Below, piece after piece: positions 1 through 16,752 of a stretch of 64,000 nt of DNA (its first letter is position 1; every line of letters starts with the position of its first letter). The notes beneath the pieces were generated by a model. The model searched no databases. It was not told the origin of the DNA and was given only the letters and a program-made list of their open reading frames with translations. The stretch is from positions 24,448,001 to 24,512,000 of the forward strand of contig CP068257.2 in assembly GCA_009914755.4 (NCBI GenBank). The letters run 5' to 3'. This DNA comes from the human T2T-CHM13v2.0 reference genome, Homo sapiens. The translations under genes and the position numbers were made by a program.

Positions 1-323
<323 letters not shown>

Positions 324-2103
324 TCAAGGTCTCTGACTTTTTCCGATTTTAGAACATCTGCATTATATACTTACTGGTTGAGCATCTGGAATCCGGAAAG
401 TCCAAAATCCAAAATACTCCAATGAGCATTTCCTTTGAGCATCATGTTGACATGCAAATAGTTTTGGGTTTTTGAGCATTTCGGACTCTGGATTTTTAAA
501 TTTGGGATACTCAACCTATACCACTATCCACTAAGAGTCAAGCCTGCTCTACCTCTGACCAAGCTAAAGAAATTCAGTACAAAGAAAAAGATGCAAATGA
601 CAAGCATCTAGCTATTCCATTCAAAATATTAAGCAATGCAACTTTTAATTTATTGTACTCATTTAGACTTAAAATATTATTTTTCCAGGGGAGCTAAAAT
701 AGAAACAAGAGGGGGAAAGGAGGATTCTTACAAGCATGGGGTGATTTTTGATGTGAAATAAATTGGTGTAGGATAATAGTCTGTAATGTCCTAAACAAAC
801 GTTACAGTAGATATGGCTGGGGATATTATGTTTAGTAAAATTCAACCTCCCCCTATCTCTCACTAATCGGACAAACATTTTACAGGATATGACACATAGA
901 AAGCTTTCTATATAAAAATCCTGCTCTTATTCCAAGTAATTTACATGAAAATAACTTATCGAAAAGTTATCAAGGGTGTCATTTAGATAAAAATAAACTC
1001 ATGAATTCTCTTTGCTCCTATAACTAACTACAGCCCCTTGCTTTGATTACTGTTGTGAATACATCATGGTGTTTAACTGAGCACTTAGAATGAAATGTGA
1101 AACTTGATCAATTAAATCACATTTGTGAAATATCAAACCACTTCTATTTATTAATGAGTAGAGATTTGAAAGAAAAACATAAACATAAAAATCTATTTCG
1201 AAAATGTGCATTCCCTTGCATAAACCTTGCATTGCAACAGGGTGGTTGTTTTGCCAGATAAATAACAACGAATAGAGAAGTGACGGTATAAGCAAGGGAA
1301 TGATTAGAATGCTGGGCCATGCAATCTCAAGTGGCAAAAGTGAGAACATGAGGGGAATTAGACACAGGTAAAAGGTGGTAGGGACCAGTGGAATCTGAGT
1401 CCACTGATCACACTCCAGGGGCTAAAGAATGTATGGCGCACAGGACTGGAGAAAGTGAGGTGGTAATAAGTAGTACTTGGAGAGTCAAATAATTGAAATT
1501 AAAATTTTGGAGGAGTTGCAGTGATTGGTCATTGCAAGGAGTATAATATGACCATTGTAAGCAATGGGTGATGGAGAATGATGAAAACAAGGTCACTGGA
1601 GGGATGAGAATCATGAACTGACAAATTGGAATACTGGAAGGATCATTGAGATCAATATTAGGATCACTTAAGAATCAGCAAATGAGCAGCTACACCTGAT
1701 GACAGCAAGGCAGGAGCTAAAATCTTCAAAGTCTGAATGGTGAACATCGATGAGGTAGAAAGAGGTCTGGAGATGACCAACAGGTGGAGGAGCAAAGTGA
1801 TTTGTCTGAAAGCATGCACTTCAAGCTGAGGTAGGGGGGCTTTTAGGGAAGAGAAAGGAAGAGTGGTTTGGAAACAAAAATGAAGAGGAAAAGAGGAAAT
1901 GAAGAGGAAAAGAGGACATTCCCACCTCTAGGGGCAACGCTGTGAGGATTTTGAGAAAAGAACTTCGACCTGAGAAGGCTACAGGAGAAGTAGTGCCTTC
2001 CTTGGAGGGAGAACAAGGTTTCTGAGCAAGATAACATCCATGGGGAGTTAGACGATACACGGAATTTCACTCACAATTGTCCATGACATTCAGAGGGCTT
2101 GAC

Positions 2104-2206
2104 AAATCTAAATTAATAATCCCTTATCTTTGAATAAAAGTAACTGAATCAGGCTGAATTTACTGCTTCCATTTTAATAAGGCAGTAGGAGAACTATGCA
2201 TGGCTT
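2104..2206. repeat. Left arm of an inverted-repeat pair (partner at 4264-4369, about 95 percent identity)
   Basis: The reverse complement of 4264-4369 aligns base-for-base with 2104-2206 (aaatctaaattaataatcccttatct...ctgaatttactgcttccattttaata...gcagtagga..ctatgcatgg). Confidence 0.85.
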
Positions 2207-2404
2207 GATGTCAATTGAGCGTGACTCAATCTCTGTCTAAAAAGTTGATATTTTGTTCATCATGGAGTTTTTTTGCAGTAATTTTGATTTTTAAAAATAT
2301 TACATTAAAAATTCTTAATCTCAATTCCTGACTGCCTTGTTTACCTCACCTTAGTCCCAGACCCCAAAAAAATCAGTTAAAAAATAAGGTACTGTGAATG
2401 AATA

Positions 2405-2990
2405 AATAACACTGTGGGGTACACACCTAGAAAATGGAATGTCATTCAACACTAAAAGGAAATGGGCTATGAACCCATGAAAAGACATGGAGGAACTTAA
2501 CTAATATTGCTAAGTGAAAGAAGCCCATCTGAATAGGCTCCATACTATATGACATTCTTCCCACTATATGACATTCTGGAAAAGGCAGAACTATGGAGAC
2601 TAAAAAGATCAGTGGTTGCCACGGGTTTGGGTGGTTGGGGGCAGGGGGAGGATGAACAGATAGAGCACAGAAGATTTTTAGGGCAGTGAAACTACTCTGT
2701 ATGGTACTACAATGATGGACATATGTCATTATACATTTGTCCAAACCCAAAAAATGTATACCGCCAAGAGTGAACCCTCAGGGAAACTATGGACTTTGGG
2801 TGCTAATGATGTATCAATGTTGGTTCATCGATTGTAACAAATGTACCATTCTGTGGGGGATGTTTATAATAGGAGAGGCTAAGCATGTGTGCAGGTAGCA
2901 AGTATATGGGAAACCTCTGTACCTTCCTCTCAACTTTTCTGTGAATCTAAAACTGCTCTAAAAAACCGTCTATTTTAAAAACAAAAATTT
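2405..2990 (+). mobile_element. Old L1 (L1M/L1PB-type) 3' end fragment
   Basis: Resembles mammalian L1 3'UTR/ORF2-end consensus. Shared segments include gctaagtgaaagaagcc, atatgacattctggaaaaggcagaactatggagac, cagtggttgccacgggtttgggtgg, tgtgaatctaaaactgctctaaaaaa, plus an A-rich end. Confidence 0.6.
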
Positions 2991-3949
2991 AAAAATAAGG
3001 TATCAATCAGTGTAGCAGCAGGGGATAAACTCAGTGGTAGAGGTATATGCTAAGAGAACACACAAAGAAATCTCTAAATCAGAATCCTGGGGTGGGTGCT
3101 GAGAGAGTTATTCTTGAAACCACTGCCACAGTAACCTAGCTCCAAAGGGATCCTGCTATTAATACTTCTCTTTATTTTACTTTGTTCTTAAGTATCTTAA
3201 TATCTCAATGCAGGCACTTTAGATCACAGAAAATGCTCTAAAAATGCCACTAAAAATTTAATATTCCCATGGCTTTTTTCCTATATAATGAAAGGTGAAG
3301 TGGCTTTTTGTACAGGAATATAATTCTCCCACCGTCTTTACTTGTTTATTAGATCACAAAGCTGCAGCACTCATGAGTCATAAACTGTATGACACCTGAG
3401 AGTCCACCCTGAGGGACATGACTTTATGTGCAGTAAAGTGTGAGTTACTGCATCTTTCTAAAGGGTTCTTTTCACTGAAAGACAACCCTGCTGAGAATTT
3501 CCTCAGGAGTCATCGGTTTTCTATAAACCCAGTGGCAGGCATATTCACATCATGGTTCCCTCTATACAACTTAAAACCAACGAATTGTTTGTAGGGTACA
3601 AACTGATTACCAGGAGAAAAGGATCTCTTTTTCATGTTGGTTGCATACCATCTTCAGATTCCTATGGTAATAGTTGGTGCAACAGGGCAGTAACTGATTA
3701 GGTTGACTATTTCCAAGTAGGTAGAATTGCAAATTGACAAATTAAAATCCATGAAGACGGGGCTTTTCCCTAAAGACTAGTACTAGAACTTTATACAGTG
3801 ATCAGCCAAACACAGAATTTACTTCCAGTTCCCACCAGGAAATCTAGAACATGCGTGTTATTTTCTGTGCTTCAGCTTCTCTCTCTATAACACCAACAAT
3901 GACAATTGTTAATATGCAGATGGATGTGGAGATTACAAAATTTGAACCA

Positions 3950-4369
<420 letters not shown>

Positions 4370-4654
4370 CCAAACATAATGCAATTTTGCTGTTCCAACA
4401 TCAGGAGGTTTATTTAAGGGGGAGAACATTAGCAATCAAGGTAACAAAACTTCTTCTGAAGCAGAGCAAGACCCTTTTGATAAAGCAACTGCCACATGCA
4501 CAGCCAACTCCCAGCTCAGAAAGCAAACAACGAAACAAAACAAAAAAAGAAACAAACACGTTAAAATTTAAAATTCCAACAAAAATTCCCAATATCATCC
4601 CTAGGTTTTTATTAAATAACCCCAGTAAACATCCAGAGAGGAAAAAAAGCCTTT

Positions 4655-4790
4655 TTATGTTTACATAGATATAAAAATATTTATATTTATATAAAATATA
4701 AATATATAGCTCATTTATAAAGATATAAATATAGTTCATTTATATTTAAAGATATAAATATAAATATAGTTCAACATTTTAGACAAGAAT
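4655..4790. repeat. AT-rich imperfect tandem repeat / low-complexity region (unit about 25 bp, ...tagttcatttata.ttaaagatataaatata)
   Basis: Repeated units visible at 4700-4790. Confidence 0.6.
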
Positions 4791-4965
4791 AAAAATTTCA
4801 TCAGAAATACAAATGTTCTCGTGGCTAGATTAAGTTCCTGATTTTTATCATAACTATAGTAGTCCTCCCTTATCTGTGGTTTTGCTTTCCATAGTTTCAG
4901 TCCAAAAATATTAAATAGAAAGCTCTATAAATAAATGAGTTTTATTTTTCTATTTATTTAATTAA

Positions 4966-5515
<550 letters not shown>

Positions 5516-6744
5516 TGATCACTTCATCACAGCGCTTGTGTTCAAGTAACTCTTATTTGACTTAATAACGGCCCCAAAGTGCAAGAGTAGTGATGGTGGC
5601 GTAGTGTCATAATTGCTCTATTCTATTATTAGTTGTTGTGAATTACTTACTGTGCCTAATTTGTAAATTCAACTTTATCACAGGTATGTACCTATAGGAA
5701 AAAAACATAGTATATATTGGGTTTGGTACTATCTAAGGTTTCGGGCATTCACTGGGGGTCTTGGAAGTTATCCTCTGCAGATATAGGAGGACTACTGTAA
5801 GTATCGGTTCAATGTTTTAATATTTTCTTTGCAGCATCTCAAATCTTACATAGGAAATAAAGATAAAAGTTCCTTAAGCTGCTTAATTTGCATGTGTTTT
5901 CCAAAACATACATGTATTGCTAATATGACAAGCATTGCAAATAATTTGCTAATACAGCAAACATTAGCAAATCCTAACTCTCATACTCCCCTTCTTTTCT
6001 AAAATGTTTTTTATGTGAAACCCAATTCCAACTATTTCCTTGATTTTCCTTTTTAAAAAAGGACTCGAGATACTTATACTTAAAGCAGAAGCAAACCCAA
6101 GCCTCTGTCAGCTAGTAGAAAAATAAGCTGTCCTCAAGTCCTACAAATTTTCCTAAATTATAGCCACACAGAGCATTTGCTGTATAAATACGTACACTGT
6201 GTTCCAAACACACTCTTACCTAAGATCCCTTAGACTACACTTCAAATGCCTACGCCCATTAGGGTCCCCCCACATGGACAAACCTCCTCTGCACACAGTG
6301 AAATAATGCTAACCCCTCTTACAGAATGTTTTCTGGTATTTATCAGTGTGCCTCACATCGCTATTAAGTTTGTATCTGTACTGCCTGCCTGGTGAAAAGA
6401 AGCTTTCCTCAAGGGCAGAAAACATAACGTGGCATGTTATAGCCTCCCCGTGGAGCCCCACATCCATCATCTTTGGCTTTCAGACTATCAGGAGGCTGCT
6501 GACCCCCAACTCCTTTTATGTGGTGCTCCCACCCTCAGCTCTCTGAAGGAGGACTCATTAGTGACTGTATTTCAACTCTGCAGCACCATCCCTATAGCTT
6601 ATTAGAGCCCAAGAAAACCAAACTGTACGTAGCATTCTTTCCCTCAAGGGCTTTCACGAACACACAAAGGCTGTCGTTAGATAAGGAAGAAACTTGACTG
6701 GAGGTGAGCATAAGTCTGAGCCACAGGTGGCATGTCAACACCCA

Positions 6745-6935
6745 TGGGTGCATGGTGGCTTGCGCCTATAGTCCCAGCTACTCGGGAGGCTGAGGTGGGA
6801 GGACAGCTTAAGCGAGGAGGTCGAGGCTGCAGTGAACTGGGATCACGTCACTGCACTCCAGTCTGGGCAACAGAGTGAGACCCCGCCTCAAAAAAACAAA
6901 AAACAAAAACAGAACGTAACAAAAAAACAAAGAAA
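6745..6935 (+). mobile_element. Alu right-arm fragment with A-rich tail
   Basis: Sequence gcatggtggcttgcgcctatagtcccagctactcgggaggctgaggtgggagga...cactgcactccagtctgggcaacagagtgagaccccgcctcaaaaaaacaaaaaac. Confidence 0.7.
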
Positions 6936-7910
6936 AGCCCCCAAAAAACCATGGGTGGACTCAAACTAGGCATCTGGAAGAAGCAGTTAGTCCAGGAAAG
7001 GAAAACAGGGAATACTCAGAGAGACAAGGGAAGATGAGAAACAGACAAGACTGGATCTGGCAGAGACCGGATCTGACAGGGCCTGCCTGTGCCCTCTAAC
7101 TCTTTTAAGTCTTGGGATGTGCATTTGGATTCTAGGAGATGCCTTGTCCCCTTCAATAAGCCCTATTTCTAAACATAAGCTCCTTTAGTAGCTTTATGCT
7201 CCTTCCAATTGAACAAAAGCCAAGAAAAAGGCCCGGCTTGCATGCTAGTTCACTAATTCCCACCACATGATGCCCTCAATCTCTGTGCGCAGACCATTCT
7301 GTCCTACCACTGCATCCTCCACTTGCCTTGATCACTTTATCTGATCCCTGACCACTTGCTACCTCCTATTCTGCTGATGGGCTGTCTGTCCTATTAGAAT
7401 ATATAATCCTTGAAGGCAGGGACAATATGATTCATCTGGTGTTCCCTCAACAGTGGCAAACCCTGGGATAGCACAGTAAGTGTCTGATAAGCATGTAATT
7501 AATATTTCTGGTTAAGGTCAGAATCCATTCAATCAGGGACTTTCAGTATACATTAAGTTCCCTTTGGGTATTATAAACCTATCTCTTAAATAAGATATTC
7601 TAAATAGTTGTTGGATTATGGGCTTTTGAGGAAAGTAAGTATCTCAATGCCTTTCAATATTGTTCTTCCAAGTAGATATGACAGCTTATACAAATCATAG
7701 CATCTGCTATAAGCAGTAGATTACTGTAAATAAGCACTCAGCTGAGGAAGGCATTTAGGAAGAGTGACAAGTTAAGCTCTCACTTGGGCTAATGGGGCCC
7801 ATTCAGTTAGTACAGGAGTCTGAAAAGCAGCCTACCTACCTGGTCATACAGCCATGTTTTATCATTGAAAGTGAATGTATCAGTACATGAAATAATTTTA
7901 AGAGTGCATA

Positions 7911-8274
<364 letters not shown>

Positions 8275-11198
8275 TTAGATCATATTATATTAATATTTTT
8301 ATATATAATAATTATTATTAATATTAAAAGCTTATCATCGGTAGCCTAAGTAGTTTTGTCTACTGAAGAAATACCTTAAAACCTGGTCACCATCAGAATG
8401 TTTTGTTCCACATTTTAAAAATCTGAAGTCTCTCTTCTCACTATCTCTCCAAGTTGGAAATATATTGATCTCAGACAAGATGACATTTAAGTTGCTAAAT
8501 ACGTAAAGCAAGAAAAGACATTGATGATATTTAAGAAAGCCAAGAAGAGAAATGTATATATTAAAAAAAAACTTTGTAAAGCCATATGTTGTCAGAGTCC
8601 TACAGAAACTTTGTCTCTATTCCCAACATTAAGGGCAAATGGAGAACCGAAAAGTCCCTTTTGTAAACAGGCCACCTAAGACAGGTGATTAATGCCAAAA
8701 GTCCTAAAATGACCAAAGGTATTTCAAAAACACAAAATCAAACATGGCTAACAAAAGGCTGAAAACAAAGTTAATGAACAGAGTAAATGGAATTGGAAAT
8801 TGCTACTAATTCTGAAAACAGTTTGCCTACTTTTCTACTTAGTCATTCAATTTTTAAAATTCACCTTTAGCCAAATTCTTATTTCTTTTTGAAAACGCTA
8901 AAAATTATGTGGTACTAATAAAATGTTTTAAATATATTAACAAAACGTCAATGAGTAACATGTGATGCTTTAGCACATCTTAATTTACAGGTCACTGAAA
9001 GAGATGAGCTGAAACCCGCATGTGTTTTGCCAGGATTGCTGGAGAACCTGAATAGTTAAGGGAAAAAACCTGCATTCCAGACTGACTCAGGAACAAGACT
9101 GACTAGATTTGATCATTACTGCAATTCAGTGACAGATAGATGGGAGGGTTCATTTTACTATTCTTTCTACTTGTACATATGCTTGTAATTTTGCATTTAA
9201 AGCACTGAAAATTTAAATAAATACATTTAGTCCAGAGGAAACAGCCAGGTTTCTAAATTTATAACTGCATGTGAAAAAGGAAAAAAAAAAAAACCCAGAT
9301 CCAAATTGTGTCTGCATGACTGCAGCTAGCATATATGAATATATACATGAAACAGAGAATCAAATGCTCTATACCAAATTGTTTCAGAGATAGCCTATCT
9401 TGTATATTTTCATCGTCTCAAAGCTTTTCCATACCAGTCCCTTTTTCAAAGAACATATCCAAGAAGAAAGTAAGAAAAATGTCATAACTGAGGGTTTCCT
9501 AAGTACCAGACATCACTGCAAATGTTTTATGTGTAGCACATCATAATCCTGAGTTAGTAATTACTCCAATTTATTTAAGATGAAACTAGAACAACTAAAA
9601 TCGATGCCATTTCTAAGCATTCAAAGAGTATATTAATCATAAATTTTAAACTACTCGGACTTAGGCATATAAACCAAGACAAAGCATGTCCTAGACAATA
9701 TATACTTCTGTTTCTGGATTTCAATGACATTCTTTAAATTTTCCTGGAATACAAAGAAATATCACATCTTAAACTATTCTCAACAAAAATTCTTTTAATA
9801 ATGAGGAATACTGAAAATACAATCTCTAACTTAATTGAGAAAGAGAACTGGAAAACGAAAACGTTCTCTGCTTGCAACTTAATGAGGCGCTGAGAGGCAG
9901 CGTGCAGCTGATGAAACGCTACTGCAATAATGGGAGGTATCAGCATGCTATGTTTCCAAATGATGGCCTTATGTAAAAGCAAAGGCGGTAAAATGCTGCA
10001 GGGCGTTAGAATATTTCCCAATAATCTGGCCAAACTCTGCTTCTGACATTCTATATAAATATATTGTTATATCCACACTTTCATACTCAGAGTTGGAAAA
10101 TCCTGTCAAAGAACCTTGTTTGATAGATAAGCTATTCTAATTTCAAAGTGTTGAATGAAAAACAAATTGTGGGTGGGAGGGAAGAGATGGGAGAGAAATA
10201 AAAATAAATAGGACAGGACACAATTGTGAAAACACAAGCAGATGTGTACACATAGCCTAGATTTTCCTATTCTCTCTTTCAATGTAGGGCTAATTTTCTT
10301 ATTTTAAAATATCCAAACTGGCTTCAACTTTTTAACCCTAGAAGAAATCCTACGGTCAGTAAAGCAATCCTTACATTTATACAGACCAGAAATGCATAAA
10401 ATATATCCACATATAGACAGCCTGATCCCTCCATTCAAAAACTGTCTCACTCAATATGAATTTGAGATCTTTCAAATTCCAAAACCACAATGTATACGTG
10501 CCTATGATTTGCCAATTTTCAGCCTACAAGGGTGAAGGGTGCCCATAGCAAAGTAATAATGGTCAAGAATGTACCAGACCTTCTACCATAGGATAATGTA
10601 TATAGTATACCTTCCAACTCGGTAAGATTAAAAAGACTACCTCTGTTGTTTGCTTTTTATTTAATTTTAATTTCATACAACTGTAGAATGGAAAAAGAAA
10701 GGTTGAGAAACAATTCGTGTCTGGGAATCCCATGTTCAGTTATGTATTTTAGAGGAGAAAGTTGGGCAAAGGAAATGGTTTTGCTCAACTCATCTAACAG
10801 GCAGTTTCTGCTTTGTGCAGGCACTGCTGTGCTTTGTTTGCTGATCCTGTTAATCTATAGATTAAGCAACTGTTCATTTAAAGCCAGAAGGTTAAAAAGG
10901 CAGAGAACAGATAATGTTAAATGGTGGGAAAGAAAACAGGAAAAAGAGAAAATACCCATAAACCAATAAAAGAGATGATAAAGCCACGTTCACCTAACTT
11001 TCCCAATTGGAAATCTCTGCCTGCATTTGAGGCTTAACCTGTTCAAAGTTCCCTCCAGAGACCTGCCCTGCAGTGTAAGTTACCAGAGACATCAACACCT
11101 TCAAGAAGCCCCTAGACCCTAGCCCCTAGCTCCAAGAAGTGCACTGCATGTTATTAAAAGAATAGAGAGGCTGGAAGAGCCTGTTTCAAGTTATCTCT

Positions 11199-11499
11199 TT
11201 TTTTTTCCTTTTTTTTTTTTTTTTTTTTTTTGGGATGGAGTCTCACTCTGTCGCCAGGCTGGAGTGCAGTGGCGTGATCTCGGCCCACTGCAACCTCGGC
11301 CTCCGAGTTCAAGCAATTCTCCTGCCTCAGTCTCCCGAGTAGCTGGGACTACAGGCGTGCGCCACCATGCCCATCTAATTTTTGTATTTTTAGTAGAGAC
11401 GGGGTTTCACCATGTTGGCTAGGATGGTCTTGATCTCTTGATCTCGTCACCAGCCCGACTCGGCCTCCCAATGTGCTGGGATTACAGGTGTGAGCCATG
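11199..11499 (-). mobile_element. Alu (full length) with long interrupted poly-T, TSD caagtt(a/c)tctct
   Basis: Sequence (t)n gggatggagtctcactctgtcgccaggctggagtgcagtggcgtgatctcggcccactgcaacctc...gggattacaggtgtgagccatggcacccggcc. Confidence 0.9.
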
Positions 11500-12135
11500 G
11501 CACCCGGCCCAAGTTCTCTCTTTAAAAGAGGAAGAATAGTATGGGGACTCATCCAATTTCTTGTTTAACTGACAATATGTAACTCTTACAACACTTGCCT
11601 GTGTGTTTCTATCATAAAGTGAGGATATGGTTTAAGACTGTGAGGATACAGTCTAAGACTGAACAGGCAGCCTTCCTGGACTGCTCGGGTGACAAAGAGC
11701 AATGATGCCCTTAATACAGCACCTCAGGATATCATGAATGAGGGGATGGACAGGATGATCTCCCACAATGCTTTTCACACTATTATTTTGTAATTTGAAT
11801 TCCTTCTCTCCCCAATCTAATCTACTCTTGGAAACAAGCTAATTTTTCTAAAAGTGTCTTGACCAGAAAGCATTCATGCTAAAAATCTGCCATAGCTTCC
11901 ACCTATCTCCAGAATAAGACCCTCCAATTTGCAACCTCATTCTACCTTTGCAATTTTCTAAATTTTCTTCACAATTTAATTGTATTAATAGATTTATAAG
12001 GTCCTTATGGGCCAAGAATGGTATCCCGCCACTCAGCAACACCTGACACAAAAACCTAACAGTGCCCAATAAATATAGACTAAATTTGCCTGTATTAAAT
12101 TTGGGAAGAAATAGATTCTTGAGATGTAGAATTGA

Positions 12136-12500
<365 letters not shown>

Positions 12501-12721
12501 AAAACTATGGTTTTTAAAAAATTTCATTTCATCCCAAAGAAACAGGACAATAAAATCTAACAATTCTAACTTTTAGCCCCTGGTTTTAGAATATGTTTCA
12601 AGGGGAATATTATTTTTGTTTTGTTCTATTTATATTTATAAATTCCTCAGGCCAAAATTTTGGTACTATAATAGTTTATTAAAGCAAGTGGCCACTTTAT
12701 GCTGTTAAATGATGAATAACT

Positions 12722-13138
<417 letters not shown>

Positions 13139-13437
13139 TCAAAAGAAAATAACAACTCAACAGTCTACTGTGGTCATCTATGATTCACACAAACTACCCT
13201 AAACACTAAACAAAAAGAACAATATAAGGATTTTGCATGCTTAATGTGTTTGGAAGCATACTTTGTAATATTACAACCAAATATTTTAAGTCATACTATG
13301 GATTTATGACTTTACTATTGAATTATCATGGCCTTTGCATTTGAAGCGGATAAAAACAAACTGAAGGCAAATCTGGACTACACGCCAACATTCCACCAAC
13401 TCTTGCCTAAACATGTCTTTAGAATTCTGTCGATGGA

Positions 13438-13732
13438 AGGCTGGGTGCAGTGGCTCATGCCTGTAATCCCAGCACTTTGGGAGGCCGAGGCAGGTAAATC
13501 ACTAGAGTTCAAGACCAGCCTAGCCAACATGGTGAAACCCCATCTCTACCAAAATACAAAAATTAGCCACATGTGGTGGCGTGCACCTGTAATCCCAGCT
13601 ACTCAGGAGGCTGAGGCATGAGAATCACTTGAACCCAGGAGGCAGAGGTTGCAGTGGGTTGACATCATGCCACTGCACTCCAGCCTGGGCGATGGAGTGA
13701 GATCCCGTCAAAAAAAAGAAAAAGAAAAAAAA
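13438..13732 (+). mobile_element. Alu (full length), TSD agaattct.tc.atgga
   Basis: Sequence aggctgggtgcagtggctcatgcctgtaatcccagcactttgggaggccgaggcaggtaaatcactagagttcaagaccagcctagccaacatggtgaaacc... Confidence 0.9.
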
Positions 13733-16682
13733 GAATTCTATCAATGGATAGAAATGGTCTCTGCAAAAGGAAAGTATAGGCTCCATTTTATGGGAAGCTC
13801 TCTCAGCATAAGCTGGATACAGAACTCCTGCCCATTACCGCTCCAATCTCTGTGCCAGAAACTACCATCCACAAGCATTTACCTAACGACGACTAGCGTG
13901 CTCTAGGTCAGAGCTAAGTGTTGGATAAAATCCACTGTAAGGCATGATCCCTAGAAATGTTAATTCTCACAACACTTTGGGTCTGTAGGGCTTTTGCCTA
14001 CAGAAGCCACAGTAGGTCTTTGTCTTAGCTCAAAATGCTGCCTTACTGTGAATGGCTTAAACAACAAAAATGTCTTTTGTCACAGCTCTGGAAGCTGGAA
14101 GTCCAAAACCAAGGTGCCAGCATGACCGAGTTCTGGTGAGGCCGCTCTTCCTTGCTTGCAGACAGCCACCTCCTTGCTGTGTCCTTATGTGACTTCTTCG
14201 TTTGAGCAGGGAGAAAAAGGCAAGCTCTTTGGTATCTTTTCTTATAAGGGCACTAGTTCCATCACGGGGGCACATACTCATGACCTCATCTAACAGTTAT
14301 CACCTCCCAAAGGTATCATCTCCGAATACCATCTCCGAATAGCCTGGGGTTAGGGTTTCAATATCTAAATTTTGGGGGAACACAAACATTCATCCCATAA
14401 CAGTCCTCAATACATACTTGAAAAAAAAGGGGGGAAAAATCTCAAATGGTGCTAACACAAAATATTTTTTAAATGCATTGAAAGGCAGGTATTTGACCAA
14501 TGACTAGGCAGAAGCAAAACTATTACGATTGGGAAAGAGGAAAGAATACATAAGCACAAAGAATTTGGAAGACTTGGGATTAAACAAAGACTCAATTTAA
14601 ACCATAAGATCCAAGTTATCTTCTCAATCAAACTTTACAAGGGTTTATAACCAAGAGCAAAAATAAAAGACTGTGTTTTTACTTTTTCTCTTGAACCTTG
14701 CCCTTGACCAAAACCTGGATCAAAGAATCAAGGGCAAAAAAAACACTATGAATGATAACAACAAAACAACCCAGTAACACAAAATACAAATTCAGAGAAG
14801 CATGAGACTATGAAAGGAGCAGAGTAGATAATTCACAGTCAAAGTTATGTATTTATCATCATGTTAAGCTATGCACCAACATGTATACTGCAAAGCAATC
14901 CTTTGGAAAAACAAATTAAACAATGAGTTAAACTTGTGAGCAAAAAGTCAAAACGACGTGACGGTGATGAGTTCTGTTGGTTTTGTTCTATCCTAGGACC
15001 AGACTGTTAACAGCCACCTCAGACTTAGCCAGCTAGTTATCTCTAAAATATTTTGGTCATGAGAGACACAAAGTGAGAACGCAAAGTAAAAAATTCATCC
15101 ACCACTATTGGGAGAAAAAAAAAATCATTAAATGAGTAGCTCTGTCAATGGTAACTAATGGTTTCCACGCATTTTTTTCAAAAAAAAAAAAAAAAAAAAA
15201 GAAGAAGAATTTGCCCAATGACAGATACCAGAATACCGTGAATTTTCATGGTGCTGAATCAAACACCCATCAACCAGGAATTCTATACCTAATGAAGCAA
15301 TTGTTCAATAATAAGAAAAACATTGTTCAACAATAAGAATGATTAAGATGAAAGTCATCCAACAAAACGGAATCAAAATATTAATGTAATACAGGGTTTG
15401 AGATGATCTGATGAAAAGACTAGCTGTAAACAATGAGTCCAGTTAAAGACAGACCCTATGAATGAGAAGTATGGCAACAGAGGAGATGGTAAGATTATAA
15501 CTTTGAAAATATAAAAATAATACAACTTATAAAACCTGTGAGAAGGAAACGTGGTAACATTGTGAGAGTATTCTTTTCCTTGCCGTTCCTAGCAATGAAT
15601 CCATCAATACGGTTTAAAAAATAAAAACATGAAGTTAAAAAAAAAAGGCAAAACGAACACTTTCCAACACACGCATGAAAATCCAAGCCTACAAATGAGA
15701 ACTATTCATTATTTCTAATTATAAAAGAAAAACACCAGAATAGCTACAATGTGGAAAGTGGCAGGAAGATCCTGAAATATCTATAAAGAATGTTCTAGAG
15801 AATTCAAGATGCACAATTTGAAAGAAAATGTCAACACTGTCTAAAACTTCTGAGTGAACTTGTCTCCCCTGCCACCTGCTCAATACTCCCCAAAAAGCCA
15901 CTTAAAATCCTAATGCATGATGCACTCCCTCACCTCGCCCTGTCCAGCCTACAAGCCTTTTCTAATCCATACCCACTGTGTTGCAGCACTGGGGTCATTC
16001 TTCTATTTTGCCCATGCCATTCCTCATCCCTCTTCTGGCAACAGCTCCTCTCCCCACATCACACGGCCACACCCACAAGGCCAAGATGGGCTAGTCCTGA
16101 TACTGAGTCCCTGCAGATACGGTGGTGGCTCCAAGGGCAGACGTGTAACTCAAAGCAGTGCCAACCAGAAGCACTCCCTGATAATGCCCATGGGCAGAAC
16201 AAAGTTGGGATGCCAAACCAGGACTAACACTACCAGAGGTCGTGGCTACCAACATCCCTGGTCTCCTTGAGGACACCCATCTTAGCAGGAGAAAAGGAGT
16301 AAACACACAGCAGGAAGGTAAGCAGAAACAAAAGAGACCCTAATGGGGAAATTCTAGGCAGTACTGACCCTCGGTTCCAGCACCTAGGGATCTCATTTCT
16401 GTGTACATTTTTAAGAAATTGGGTAAGCATCCCCCACACTACGATCCTTCCCATCAGTGGGAGAAAATATTCTCCATATATAAAATACAAATTGTTTAGG
16501 GGGTTTTTATCACCTGGCAAAAGAAACTGCCTAATTAACCCACCCTATCTCCCCATTCTTCCTCAGAAAAGGAGATGTTCCCTCCCCTTTCCAAGACCCA
16601 GGCAATCACATATCCACTGGATCTCCTTTCTGCCTAGTTCTTACAGAACTGAATACCATAGTCATAGCTTACTGTAACCTTG

Positions 16683-16752
16683 TACTCTTGGGCCCAAGCG
16701 ATCCTCTCACTCAAAGCGCTGCGACTACAGGTCTGAGCCACGGAGCTCGGCC
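16683..16752 (-). mobile_element. Short Alu-derived fragment
   Basis: Sequence gcccaagcgatcctctcactcaaagcgctgcgactacaggtctgagccacggagctcggcc resembles the reverse-complemented Alu 5' end. Confidence 0.5.
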
